64,000 bases of DNA from Lama glama (Eukaryota), in NCBI GenBank assembly GCA_028534125.1, contig CM052816.1:36830001-36894000 (forward strand). The letters are read 5' to 3'. Below, one piece after another: positions 38,844-52,545 of this stretch; positions within the stretch are counted from its first letter, which is position 1, and each line of letters begins with the position of its first letter. A program made the position numbers and the translations under genes. The notes under the pieces are model-generated. The model ran no database searches and was not told where the DNA came from. It saw only the letters and a program-made list of their open reading frames with translations.

Positions 38844-40849
38844 AGTGCAGTGTACTATCTCAAAATAAGATGGTCCCTGTACTTTTTTTGTTAGATTTAT
38901 TGTGATCACTGTTGTTGCTACTTTATTTTTACATATTTTATAACTGTATATGGTTTATATGCTAAATATACTAATTTTTACATCTTAGTATTGCTACATA
39001 ACAACTACTGTATTCTTCCATTTTATCTGAAGAGATTTTTGTTGTCCCTTTTGGGCTTTCCATGTACACAATCATGTTAAATGCAAGTAATTCATCAATT
39101 CAAAGTCAATATGGAGTGGAAAATTGGAGACATAAAGGTCTATATAGTTTTACCTAAAAAGAAAAGATGAAAATGAAGAGGGGTGAGGAAAAGAAGAGAT
39201 GTGGGTAATCTTCAGAGATGTCCTATAAATATGAGCACCACCTGACAGAGGCTGATGTCCTACTCCTCTATTGTGAAATAATTTCATCCTTATATATCAA
39301 AACAACTCATGTCTAGTTTATAAAGCTAATCTTAAAAAATATATTTTCAAGTGCTACATAAAGAACCAATCAAGTTACTATAATCTGTTTCTACTTAATT
39401 GTCTAGAAAGAAGAAACAGAATAAAGGAAGTAAATGGGCATCACCTTTGCACTCTGTCAATCAAAAGAAAAGCAAATGAGTTGACTGTGGTTAGAAAGCT
39501 ATCACTGAACAAGGCAGCTTCAGTTAGCATTAAACTTGGGATTGTGCAAATCATTTCTTGCAAATCACAAAGAGATGCTATCATGGTGAGAAACCTCTCT
39601 TACTCACCATGCAGCTTCAAAGCTAATATTAATCCAGAGACTGTGTGAATGCTGCTCACTAAACACGAAAGACTTTCTTTTCTTAATTTTCATCATTTGG
39701 TATTTTATATTTGGGACACGGAAACACAGTATGCAGCCATGTAAACTGTTTTATATCAGGCATGGGCAACAAAAGCAATAATATGCTGAACAAAGATGTG
39801 TAGCGTTAAAGATGAAAACAAGAGTTCACAGATCTTCTGAGCCAATTTTGAAATAGGTAACAATTAGAAAGTAAATGCAGCACATGACTTGGACATAATG
39901 ATAAAAATGAAATGAATGGAATGCAAATGAAGTATTCTAAGATAATAATCTTCCACCACAGAAACATAGTCTTATAATTTTCACTCCTTTAAGTTGTTGT
40001 AGTTACAGTTATCTGACTATCAAAAACAAGATTCTATCCTCCTTTGTGTATTAAAGTAAAACAATGTTGTGTATTGAAGTAAAAAAAGAGCCATTAGTTA
40101 TATTTCCCAGTTCAAATATCACCTCCTTTATTTCATACTATTTCAAAATATTTTGTTGAGTTCTAACATAGGGTAATTGTAATTTATGGTAATTCTGATG
40201 CAAGAGACAAAGTAGCTTAACAGTGAAGATAGGAGACAGGCTTCCTTATAAGAACATGGATCTCTCAAAAATCAAGACAAATATGAAGGGGTAAAAAAGC
40301 TTGTGATATGTGCCAATTAGAGAATATTAGTAGAAGAATTTGATAGGTCTTTGTGCTAATGCCTCTTATTCACATGACTTAACATGACCTCAAACTTCCC
40401 ACATGAGAACCTGATTGGCCTGGTTTATTATGTGGACCCATCCATTTATGTTCAGAGCTTCACCTATTCTGATCACTGTGTCAATAAAATACTACAGAAT
40501 ATTGTAGTTTACCCACTGTAGGTGGGATGGCAAAATTTTTAAAAGCATTAAACATTGGGAAAAGACGATGGATTTTTCTGGTAGAGCCTGTTTTACAGAT
40601 TATATTCTACTATGCAACAAAGTAGCTATCTCTAATTCCAATTTTAGTATAAGCTATTTAAGGACCATGAGTAGTCCTACAGTAGATCCTAGTATCATCT
40701 CTAGGGATTATTCACAAAGGAACACATGAAAGGTTTTAACTCAACGTGTCTAAAAATATTTCTCTGATGTATCACTTAATTCTTCAGGGCATTTGTTACA
40801 AAGTCCTTAGTCTTCCAATCTGAGAATTCTCTAAGTTCACTTTATAAAA

Positions 40850-41324
40850 TTACATTTTTAATGCACTATTTTACTTATTTTTAGGTATAAAAGGCATCAA
40901 TAGATGCCTCCTTATAAACAACCAAACAATAATAATAAAGACAAAATTTGCAGTACACATTCCAAAATTTACCCACAAATTTCATTTGAGTCAAAGACCT
41001 TACAGATTTTTATGTGCATTTTATATTTATATGGTGCATATAGAAATATGTCAGAGGGTCTCTATATTTTATATATATGATCATTTAATATATATTTATA
41101 TTTCTATAATTTTCTTTTATATGCAAATTATATGCTTTAGAGTTTTCCTACATCGTGCATATTTTTCTGACTCTTTTTATCTCTTACACAAGATTCTATA
41201 CTATGGCTGTGCCATAATCTAGCACTTTCCCTGGGGGTACAAATTGAGGTTGCTTTAAGTTTACTAAAAATGTTGCTGAAATGAATATCCTTGCATATGT
41301 ATTTTGCAATTATTTCTTTGGGAA

Positions 41325-41367
<43 letters not shown>

Positions 41368-41580
41368 TATATATATGTATACACACACACATTATGTATT
41401 ATATATTTATACGTATAGAGAGAGAAACGAAGATGGAGAGACAGACAGAGAGAGAGAAAACAGGAGCATTGTTCATATACATATTGGTTTTTTTTTAATT
41501 TTTCTGGATAATATACCATAAAATTCCAGCAGTTGGATGCCACAGTGTTGTTTCTACTTCTAACCCAGTGGTCTAATCCA
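40850..41580 (-). mobile_element. Old L1 3' fragment containing an expanded compound microsatellite
   Basis: GGCTGTGCCATAAT...AAATGTTGCTGAAATGAATATCCTTGCATAT; (TA)n(CA)n(GA)n at 41325-41458. Confidence 0.6.
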
Positions 41581-42374
41581 CAGCCAGTAATTAATGCTAT
41601 TATAATGAGTGTTGAGTTTTGATGAATGTTGGAAATTGCAACTGTGCCTCTGTAAAAATCAGAATATCATAACCCTTATTTCCAAGATAGTTACTTAAAC
41701 TCTAGGAATAGTTCTATTTTCCCAACTATTATAGTTTGATTGAAGGAGAACTCAGGTTAAAAGAGCACAAATTTTGGAGTCTGACAAGTTCCCAGCTTTT
41801 GTCAACTACCCCCTGGAATTGGGTGAGGATATTAGTGGATGAACTCACAGCAGTCTTGAAATTTTACTAAGACAGGATTCATTGATTTGAATTTTTAAGA
41901 AGTACTTATTCTATGTCTTCTTTTAGTTTTATCATTTACTTCACAAAATTACATACCAGAGATTAACATTTAAGATGGAGAATACAAAACCCCTTCAGGA
42001 CTGACTCATGAAATTGAAAGGTAGCTTAATGGCTTGGAAAGACGAGAAAATATATTAATCTTTTATTTTATGAAATCTCAATTTTCTGAGGTAAGATAAT
42101 AAATGTGGTTTTATTTCATATTTTTAAACTCACATTCTGATAACCTCCTCGTTAATTTTTGTGTGTCTAACAAAGACTGTCTCTTCCACTTCACATTGGA
42201 ATTGGTAAATTATGATGATTTCTTTAGAATAGTAATTTCTATATGAATAGAGAGTGAAAATATTCAATCATAACAGCAAAATCAGTTTTAGTCTGACTTC
42301 TATCTCCTCTAGGTCAGGGATTCAATAGAAAATGTCAGAGAGGATTGCTCACAAGATTTGTAAAAAGAAACATG

Positions 42375-42580
42375 GTTGAATTTTTGAGACAATATAATCT
42401 GAATTTGATCACCACTTCTTACAGACCATGTGGTCTTGGACAATTTACTCAACTTCTCTGCACTTCAATTTTCCTTTCTGAAAACAGAGAATGATAATAC
42501 TACTATTTTCTTTTTCAAAAAGGACTAAATAAGCTCTTTCATCAGGTAAATAGCTTAGCACAGGGCCTGGAATATTAAGG
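42375..42580 (+). mobile_element. MIR SINE
   Basis: TGTGGTCTTGGACAATTTACTCAACTTCTCTGCACTTCAATTTTCC...GCTTAGCACAGGGCCTGG. Confidence 0.8.
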
Positions 42581-44309
42581 ATTAGATACGAATGCATCTT
42601 CCTAACATGAGGAATTATATAACAATTCCATTTTTATGTAACTAAAATAATTAAAATTTTCCTTGAGCAATTCTTACCCTTTATAAACTTGAAATTTTCA
42701 TTGTGACACAAATCAACTTTATTTATGCACAATAGTTAACAAATTCATGCTTAAACTGCAATTTGAAAACAGTGATCTCAGGATGGTGTTGTGATGGCAG
42801 GTGTACAAGGAGGAAGGAAGCAAAAATATTCTTGGAATCATTGCGCTTTTTGTGTTCTCTATGAGCTTATGTGACATCAAAAATTGAAGAGTACACAGCT
42901 AAAGCACACATAGGTATGTGTTGTTTTTAACCTACGCAGAGCATCATTTCACTCCTTACACCTTGTATCAGTTGTACAACTGAAGAATTTTATGCTTAAA
43001 TATTTGTTCTGTGGCTTGGGAAGTAATGTAACTTTTTGAGGTTTTCTTCTCCATTTCTTTTTCTTAGATGAGAAGTAATGGGAAGAATAAGGATTTTTTT
43101 CCCATGTTTTTGTTGCTGCTATCAAATCTAACTATCTTTCCTTAAAAAAATTGCCTTAAAGTGTGCTGTTTTATAAATCTGAAAATATATAGATGAAAAT
43201 ATCTAGGTAAACACAAAATCATTATTCTCTAATGATATTCCAGATCTATGGAGTGTCAATATCAAATTATGTAAAATGATTATGTTTTTTTCCTAGAAAA
43301 CTCGGTTAGTATGTGGTCTTTGAAATATATGCACACACACACACACACACATTTGCCAAAAAATAATGTAAGTGATTTGTGGTTGTTATTTTTTTGTTGT
43401 CACGTGATATCATTGATCTCTGCTGAGCTTATCTTTTCTCTGATCGCTGACGAAGTCACTACAGATACTGTGATTCAATCTGTGTCTCAGTTGCTGGCAG
43501 GTGGAAATGACATCTCTTCTACTTCACTGAACTGTTCACTATGATTTGAGGACCAATTATAGAATCAGACTTTTCTGTCAGACAATAAATGTTTTCTAAA
43601 AACTTGATATGGTCCTTCTTTCAGTATTTGATATGCACTATATGTAGGTTTTGATTTTTATTTACATTTTTTTCCACTAGTCCTTTACCTACTAACTTTG
43701 GTCCATTTCCTATTCTGAGAGTAATTTATTGCTTTTAGAATTATCACTACATTTACTTTTACATTCATTCCCTCTTGCAGATTATTTCTAATTCTTAAAT
43801 CCTATTTGATTACTATTCCAGTTTGCAGTGTTTATGGCTCTAATTTAGTCTACGTAATAGTCAATGTTCATGTCAGTATTAGACACTTGATTATGTTTTT
43901 ATTGATGTATCAGAGGTTAATCAACATGCCTGGAGTCATAACAAAGCAGATTTGAATACTGGTATCTAAATGTAGAACATGTACATAAATGAGCCTTTTG
44001 AGATTCACAGTGGCGGTTGTGCAGTTAAGATAATGTTGAAGTTGTGTATTCTACACTTGTAAAGGACCTAAATGAATAATGTTGTTACCTATAGTCTGAA
44101 TCTCACAGAGTTTTTTTTTTTTAATTCTCTCAACAAGATATTCTTTTGCTCATTTTTAGATGAGATCATTGTTAAAGGTAATAAGTACCTTCCCAAAGTC
44201 ACATTGTCAAAAATTTGTCCACATGACAAAGTTTTTCTTTTTTAGTATTTTTCTTTAGTTCCCTTTAATTTAAAAAGTTTAGCATATTTCTCTAGAAAGA
44301 ATCTGATTG

Positions 44310-44492
44310 TAATGCCTGGGCTACTGAAGAAAGAGCTGGACAAATAGGAGGCCTCTAATTAAACTACCTTTACTAGTTATTAATTTTGTGATAATACTTA
44401 TTTAACTTTTCAACTTTCATTTTCCTTATCTATGAAATGTAGAGGTTATATTAGATGATTTCTAAGTTCCCATTGCACTCTGAAATTCTAAC
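44310..44492 (+). mobile_element. MIR3-like SINE
   Basis: TTTCCTTATCTATGAAATG...TAGATGATTTCTAAGTTCCC...CTCTGAAATTCTA tail. Confidence 0.7.
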
Positions 44493-44714
44493 TCAGATCA
44501 TCACCCTATAATTTACTCTTTTCCCAAATTGAGATTGCCGAGCTCCAGTCCAATCTTTACTTTTCAAGGGTGCCGCGATATGTCATGTGTTAGGACCTTA
44601 TTTAATAATCATATTCATATTTATGTTCTTATAACCTTCTGGTAATCTTTTTACTCTCAAAAAGTCTGACAAATTATGGATCATTTAGCTAACTGGATTG
44701 TCCCTAAACTCTTT

Positions 44715-44918
44715 TAGCCATAGATTTTCAAATTTAGTATTATTGAAAATTGGGGGTTGGATACTAATTATGTTGTAGAGGGCTGTCCTTTACATTTTAG
44801 TATGTCTAACACCATGGTTGATGTGAGTAACACTAGAGAGGAAGAGCATCTCTCTAATTGTGACAATCAAATATGTCTTCAGTCATTCTTAAATATCGCT
44901 CTGGTGATAATCACTAAT
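44715..44918. mobile_element. MER20 (hAT-Charlie)
   Basis: GTTGTAGAGGGCTGTCCTTTACATTTTAGTATG and TTGTGACAATCAAATATGTCTTCAG match MER20. Confidence 0.75.
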
Positions 44919-46980
44919 GAAAAACAATATGGAAAAAACCTGTTGTATTCCAGCTTCCTATTGCTTCTGTATTTTAACAAAAAAAGAGTTTTCCTTTCTA
45001 TGGGTAAATTTTGAAACTTGGCCCCAGAACAAATGTAATTCTCCCTAATTTGTAGCCCTATGGGGAATAATTTGTGGTGACTATAGTTATCAGCTTATAA
45101 ACTATCAAAGTTGACTTCAAGACAATAAATTGAAACTCAGGATTATTTATCCTTTATTTATCTTAGGTCCTTTCTAGTTTGGGGTATACCTTAAATTTCT
45201 GCACTCAGTCAGATCAGATGATACGTTTCTCTTCTTAAAAAAAAAAAAAGAAAGAAAAAGGAAAAAGGAAAGAAAGAAACCAAAAACCAAAAACCTCTAC
45301 TACTGTGTCTTTACCATTAGAGATTAAAACTTGTGAAAAATATGAACTAGCAACAGTTTTAATGTTTGTTTTCTTGATTTTTTTCTCTCTACCTCTTTCT
45401 CCTCTCTATATGGGTGTGTTGCATTAAGTGTGGAAAATTTGCTGAAATCTTGCCTATTTCCAAGCTCTTGCGGCTTTCTATTAAATGCTTAACATTATTT
45501 AAGAGAGATTTCTGCAGCTCATTATAAAAACTCACTGCCTTATGTTCAATTGAGGCTCCCAGGGAGAAATACTTTTTTTTGCTATTGTTCCCATTTACAT
45601 GACATATTTCTGAGAACTCCAAAGCACTTTGCTTTCTTTAAATAAACTGAGTTATGGTTTATAGAGAGAGAAAAGGAGAGAGGGAGAGAAACACACTGAT
45701 GGGGTGGCTGGTGTGGATAAAAAGACAGGAAACAGAAAAGCTTCAAGAAGAAAAAATTCTTTCAGAATATAGGTAGACTCAGAAACAAGCCATTTGGCTA
45801 ACTTTTTACATTAGGAAAACAAGTTGTGAAGGGAATTTTTTTTTTCCTACAATTGCTTCATTTGGTTTCTTACATGCAGAAACAAGGGATGCCTGCAATC
45901 AAAAACAATTCCTGCTTTTCAGATTCCATAGCATCCAAGATTAATTCTGTCCCTCTTTTCTTAATAGACGGCTAAAGTGGTATTTCCTTTTGCCTCCTTT
46001 CTGGTTTTTCCATGTCACGTTCTAGTGAGCAAGGTTCTTGCACATCTGAAATCTGGCTAGTTACAGATCAGTGTAGATGCTGTGAAGAGCCAGACCTTAC
46101 TCTGATACTTAAAAACAAGAGTGGGGACTGGAGATTGGGGCTGTCTGGCGATCTCTTCATTCTATTACACATACCACCAAGAAAGAGAACGGCTGACCCA
46201 GAAATCACATTTTAGAGTTTTGAGTCCCCACTCTCCTTGTGGGATCCTAGCTGATTATTTACTGCTCGGGTGACCAGGGATTTCATGGTGCTTCCTACAG
46301 ATTTTAGGTTTCTCTGGGCCTTTGAAATGATTTGTGAACAAATGTACTTTTCATAGTCAGGAGAATCAAAGCAGTAATATCCTTAACAAATGACTGTAAG
46401 AAAATGTAGGTCTTTATAATTTAAACTAAGACACTTAGGTATGAGAATTAGGCTTGAACAGAAAGAGTTGATGCTAAAGCAAGATTAACTCTTGGATATT
46501 TTTTGCTACTTTACTGACCTAAAATTTTAATACACTAAAAAATATGAGTACTGTAGCATATGGCGTTTTGGGGTTTTATTTGTTTAACATACATGGACGT
46601 GTCTCCCGTCCAATGTCCCCCTTAGTGACCCTGTTCCCAGAGAAGGAGTACTCCTCTGTATATGGCAGAGTTGGAATGGAGAATCCAGGCCTGCCTCTGA
46701 TGACAACCTATCATCATAACATGGTAACCTGGCAGGCTGCATCAGAAGAAATCTAACAAAACAAAACAAAAAAACACACAAATCAACCAAAATATACTCA
46801 TACAATTGTGTGAGAAGAAACATAGAAAGGACACACATTCAGGTCCAGAAGATCCTTTTAAAATTCTGACTCTTCTCTGTGAAAATGGAAGCAGTTCATA
46901 ATCTGGTAGAATTTGAATTTCGTCAACTGAAAATGAGATTCAAATCCCTACAGCCTTAATTATGTGGTCCTTATGTGGTT

Positions 46981-47480
46981 TGTTACCCCAAAAGGGGAAG
47001 GAAAAAGACCCCAGCTCTTGTCTTACCTGAAGGAACTCAAACGGGAGATGGAAGCATTGTGTAGTGAAAGATTTTCAAGGTTTTATTTAGCAAAGGGAAA
47101 GTACACCTTCAAGAATGGGAGACAAGCTGACCCAAGGGAGGACAGCAGTGGGCTTTACTTATCCCCTTCTCTTCTACCCTTGCTCAGAGGTGGTCTCTTG
47201 ATGGATTAATGGCTGTTGTCCCTGGAGTGCTTAGTCATGCTCGTCCTATTTTGCACATGTCCTTACCCATGATACACAGAAAAACCCATGGCGGGTATAA
47301 TTTTGTAATTATATTACAAAGAGCATTGGGTCATGTCCCATTAGTTCCTTATCACTACTGTGCAGTTGTGGCTGTTGAGTTCTTTTTTCCTTGCTGGCAC
47401 TCATTTAGAGGAATTAAAGCCCTTTTATTCTGAAGACAGGCATACCACCATATTCCCAACCATCCTTCCTCTCCTCCATC
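46981..47480 (-). mobile_element. Solo ERV LTR, comparatively well preserved, inserted in a MIR
   Basis: Starts TGTTACC, TTTATT at ~47082, GC richer than its flanks. Antisense MIR resumes at ~47482 (TCTTACAAATGAAAAAACT...CCCAAGATCACA). Confidence 0.6.
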
Positions 47481-47481
47481 T

Positions 47482-47610
47482 TATCTTACAAATGAAAAAA
47501 CTCACATACAGGGAAAATTAAAGTATCTTCCCCAAGATCACATCGTTAATAATTTGGCAAAGTTATGATTTCCATTCAGTCTGACTCCAATGCCTATGCT
47601 ATTTACTACT
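47482..47610 (-). mobile_element. MIR SINE
   Basis: CCCAAGATCACA...CAGTCTGACTCCAATGCCTATGCT. Confidence 0.7.
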
Positions 47611-48139
47611 ATGCTTCTATTCCCAGTAGACAAGTAGCCAAATTCCACTGCTAACATTTTTTACCTTTTTCTAATGGGAATACCTCTCTAAAATACTCTT
47701 TTTTTTTTTTTGTCTGTTTGCCAATACATTTCCATAGGAGAAAACGCTGTATGATGGAAAGAGAACTGTATTATTAGTCCGAAGAACTGTGGTCATTTCA
47801 GAAATTTATCTGTGTTATGATATTGGGCAAAAACAATTAGTCTGCTTCTGTATCAGTAAATAAAGGTGAATATTATTAAGAATATAAGAAATTCTTGCTT
47901 AATTTCTAATAGATTTGAAAAGAGGAAGGATAAATTACATTATATCTAGGAAAAGTCCATTATAAATGTTAAAAGCTCCGTTAATATGATCTATTATTAT
48001 TAGGTCCCTTCTTTTATCACCTACTCTGAATCCATTCTCATCATATCCCTCGAACCTTATGCTCATTACGGTAATCCTACAAAACCATAAAAGCCCATAT
48101 TGTATGTGATATGTGTTTGTATACATATAAACCAAATTT

Positions 48140-48935
48140 TCCTGTAAGTTACTGTCTCTTTCTTTACTTCCCTATTTTTTAATGCTCTCCAATCTAACTT
48201 CTTCCCTCCAAATCCACCAAAAGCAGCTTGTGCTAAAGTCACCAGCAAATTCCAAGTCTTAAATCCAATAGGAAATTTTAATTTATCATTTCTTTGATCT
48301 CTTCAGCAGTTTTCAGGATGTGGGTCACTTTTCCTTCTGCAATATTCTGTTTAGGAGATTCCCAAAACAAAAACACCTGGATTTCCTCCTTTCTTTCTGA
48401 GTCTTTGTTTGGCATTAACTTTCCTACTTGTCATGAAATTTCTGCAAGACAAAAGCCTCGGCACTCTTATTTTCTCAGTCTCTCTTAGCAACTTAAGTGA
48501 TGCCAAGAACATGGAAAGCTTCAATTACAGCCTATCTACTAATGGATTACAACATTTTTGTCAAAAGCCTGACATTTAATAAGGGTTTTAGACCTATATT
48601 TAATGATCTCCAGAGGCTTATTTAATATGTCCTCCTTGAAGTATCAAGCCACCTCATTTCAATAAGCATTTACAATCACAAACATGGTCTTCTAGATCTT
48701 TCCATCACATGAGTAGTACAATGAAGTCTCTGGTTGTGCAAAAGATAAATGTAGGATTTTTTCTTAATATTCATTTAGTCTTACTCCCTCTTCTCAATCC
48801 AATCATCAAGTTTTGTCTACTACTCTTTTTTTCCCAAGTATCTCTCAGGACTAGGAGAAAAACTACTAGGAACTCTCCAATACGAGTCATTTAACTGGTC
48901 TTTAGCAGCCATCTCGTAACCTGTGTCCACTGTGT
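48140..48935 (+). mobile_element. L2 LINE, reverse-transcriptase region
   Basis: GCTAAAGTCACC (A-K-V-T) and TTTGATCTCTTCAGCAGTTTTCAGGATGTGGGTCAC (FDLFSSFQDVGH, similar to LDLSAAFDTVDH); CAATCCAATCATCAAGTTTTGTC. Confidence 0.75.
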
Positions 48936-49069
48936 CCTACTGTGGTGGATTAGAAACATAACCACAGAAATTTTCTTATTTACATCTCTTTGCCATGTAA
49001 TTTTTTGTGTTCTCTCTTTCTAAATATGTGTTCTGGCATGCAGTTTAATTTAGTTACTGGGATATTACA

Positions 49070-49534
49070 TGTCAACTAAAAAAAAAATAGCACAACAACA
49101 GAGCTGTGAGTTCAGTTTTATTTGGGGTTTACTGAGGACTATAGCTTAGGAGACAGCCTCTTGAGTAGCTCTAAGGGACTGCTCCCAAGAGGTGGGCAGG
49201 GGTGGGAGTTAATATATATATGATTTTAATGAAGAGTATATGCCAGTGAGTGCACATCTCTATAGGATGTTACTGTTAGTCATGAGGAACAGATGTCTCC
49301 ATTAATGATTTTAGTGCTTTTCTAGGTATGAGAAGATAAAAAAATGGGTTCATAAAATTTTCTCCTCAAAATATCTACCTGTATGAAGTCCTGCTCTGCC
49401 AGTTTTTCCCAAAACACAGAGTGCCTCCTTCCTGATCTCCTCCCTCTACTCAGTTCAGATTGTGTCAATGTCTGCAGTGACTAGTGACTTCATTCTTGTA
49501 GAACCAGATGGTGAATGACATTCTTTAGCTGGCA
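49070..49534 (-). mobile_element. Solo ERV1 LTR (MER41-like)
   Basis: Imperfect inverted termini TGTCAACTAA / TTAGCTGGCA (8/10), TTTATT at ~49117, possible 4-bp TSD TACA/TTCA. Confidence 0.75.
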
Positions 49535-51435
49535 TTCACAAAGATAGACTTGACATATTGTGAGTAAATGTCCTGATGGAATTATTTCTGATTAAGATGA
49601 AGTTCTCAATTGGGAATGATTTAGTCCCTAGTGCCCCCAAATTGCAAACTACTCAATCAAAAATAAGAAGATTGAATTACTTTACTGTTATCAAATATAC
49701 AGGCTCAGTTACATTCCCTAGTCTAAATTCTCTATAGCATTGCTTGCTACAGATGTCATGGACACAGATGTCACTTTAAAATAATAAAGTAGGAAGAGAG
49801 AAATCTAATCTACCATTTGTTTCATCTCTGAAGGGAACCACCAGAAAATCAAGATGATAAGAATTATTGGGTAACTTCCTCCGTTTGTTCTTTTGACACT
49901 CTCATATCTTTTTCTTTGTGTTGATTTTACCTAGAATAGCTGAGGGTAGGAGGTTAAAAACAAAATGGCCAGGATATAGATAATGAAGTGAGGAACAGAT
50001 GTTTATAACTTGCACATGTTCTTGAGGAGACATATGCACAGAGGTCAAGGACAAGCAAACATACTATTTTTATTGTTATGGTTTATATGGAAAAATCTCT
50101 TTTGTCCTAGAATAGTTGCCTCATTCAGTCTGTTTGCTAATTGAATAGGCCTAACTCTTAATTTTTTACATGCTTCCTGCCCCCCAGCCAGCTCGACTCT
50201 CTATCCTGTTATAGTTTAGCAAAATGCAACAATAATGAGCTCAAACAACTGCTACATAAAAGAGAGATATTAGATATTGATTCCTTATAACCAAAGAATG
50301 CTTTTCGACTAGGAACACACTTGTTATCAAAGATAGGGCCCAGCATATGGTAGCTCTAGTACACATTCAGTATATCTTGTCTTTTCCTGTGTAAGGGCTC
50401 CCATTTGGTCATCTGGCATATCTGTGCCAGACAAAGCCAATCAATGGATTGAGTAAGTAGGGAATCTTCTCGTCAAATGAAAAGTCGACTCCTTGGCTTA
50501 TGCAGACCTCCTAGCCCAGTATAATTGCCTAAGATGACATGATAATTTCTGTAAAACTAGAATGCTGTCATGACACATAGGTCCAAACACTTGTTAAACT
50601 AAACATATGTATTGTTACCACAGTAGCCAGTAAGCAAGAATCACGTAGTGTTATCAGCCATTACCTACACTTTGGCACATAGAATAGTATTGGTTTGTCT
50701 GCATACTTCTTATCATCACAAATGGGAGTAGGAGTAGAAACATGGAAATTAAAATATTTAAATTAAAAAAAGTATTTATGAGTTTATGGAAAACTCTGTT
50801 GTTGTTGTTGTTGTTTATTATCTTTTGCTTGAGAATGTAGAGAATTGCCTTGATTATCAACGGAAGTGAAACAGGCTGCCCAGAAGTTCATAGTGGCTGA
50901 TTCCACCCTCTGTGTATGTGTTTGCACATGTGTGCACATGTCCACGTATGTGTGTATATACATGTTTACATTCTTTGGCATGTATTGAATTTTTGCAAGG
51001 ACCTTGTAAAATCTTACAAGTAAAAGTCTCTGCTACTTTCTTCTCCTTTTCCTTGAGCTCATAACAACATGATGATGATGAAATATCAGTTTCTCTGATT
51101 GTGTGGAGCTAGAGGGAAAACAATTAATTTTTCTCATTTAAACTCTTTGTTGAATACAGGCTTCTCAATAACATTCGTAAGTACTATATTTTGAAGGTTA
51201 TTTTCGCTCTTATTTAACTTAGCAAATGTTATAACCTGGAATCCAATTTATGATTGTTCTAGAAACACTGGATTCAGATCTTTAAGAACTCATCATGCTC
51301 TTGCTCAGGATTATCCACCACTTGACCCCTACTCTTTATAGTTAATAGAAATCATATCCCATAAGATAAGCGGGTTCTTGAAGTTTATACATATGTGCCT
51401 ATTATCCTCTTATTCAAAATTTGGTTTTGATTTGC

Positions 51436-51921
51436 TGTCAGAAACTATGAAGTGCCTGAGCATGTTAGCTTGCCACAGTTTCATGGATGTTGCTAGAGGA
51501 CTCAAGACTTGTAGGTCAGAGCCTAGAAATATACCTGTTCATCTGTTATAGAATAACCCTTGTGACTCAATATTACCATAGTGCAATGTTGTTTTGTGCC
51601 ATTTTAAACAATTAAAAGACTTTTTTTGAAATTAAAAAAAAACCACTTTGATTCCTTTGACAAAGTGACCCAGGCTACATTAGATCTCCACACCCTGGGT
51701 TATATTATTGTAAAAGAGCCCTGCTTATAGAGAGGCTGGATCTTTTATAATTGACTGTAAACATGCATGTTATTTGCTTTGGTAGGAGTCACGATCTCTA
51801 TCTTCCAAGGTTCTTTGCTACAAAAAGATCCTTGAAAATCTAATCTGGAACAAAAATTCCAATTGGTGCTTCACTCACAGTAAATGAATAAACATAAGAT
51901 TCACATGTATCATTTTCCAAA
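51436..51921 (-). mobile_element. Solo ERV LTR, same family as 21195-21688
   Basis: TGTCAGAAACTATG...CAGTTTCATGGATGTTG...GGTCAGAG and TCTTCCAAGG...CTGGAACA are reverse-complement counterparts of blocks in 21195-21688. Confidence 0.7.
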
Positions 51922-52545
51922 ATTTACTTCCATTATTTTCCCCCTTCAAAAACATAATTTGAGTTAGTTATGTGGGAGCTCTTAAAATAGAGCCTAGGTT
52001 AAAAGTCCCTCAATATGAGTGTTAAGGAAGCCTTATATGATGCCAGCTCCATTGTTTTGTAATGACAGGAAATGATATTCGGTTAATTTTCAGGTTGTTA
52101 ACATATGGAAGTTATAAGAATATGAAACATATCAGAATAAGTTGATAATATAAGCCTTATGAGGCAAAAGACTCTAATTAGTTTTTAAAGCTAATTACAT
52201 AATTTTCTTATTTCTCAAAAAGAGATAGTACCAACTGCTCGGAATTCTTGAATAATCTTATGGTAGAAAAAAATATTTTCCAGAGTTTGTTTCTATTTTT
52301 GCATGAGTCATTAGACTCTAAAACTACCCACTAGGAAATATAAAACCCCTACTGGGAAACAATATAGCATCCAAAATAATAATTGTTGTGAATTTAATTT
52401 TAGTGCTTAAACACTGTCTGTGTTATTTGATTGGTGCTTTAGAGAAGGAATGGAGCAAGAAGACATTGCTATCACTTGGCTTTTATTTAGCAAAGATTTA
52501 TTGATCATCTATTATGGAGTGGGCACTGTACATGGAGATGATGAT

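Noticed and set aside
39582..39611. Inverted repeat CATGGTGAG...CTCACCATG
   Set aside because: Only a 9-bp stem with no supporting context.
49960..50640. Possible old LTR (also 1510-1800 and 38370-38700)
   Set aside because: LTR-like composition, but no termini or family motifs I can support.
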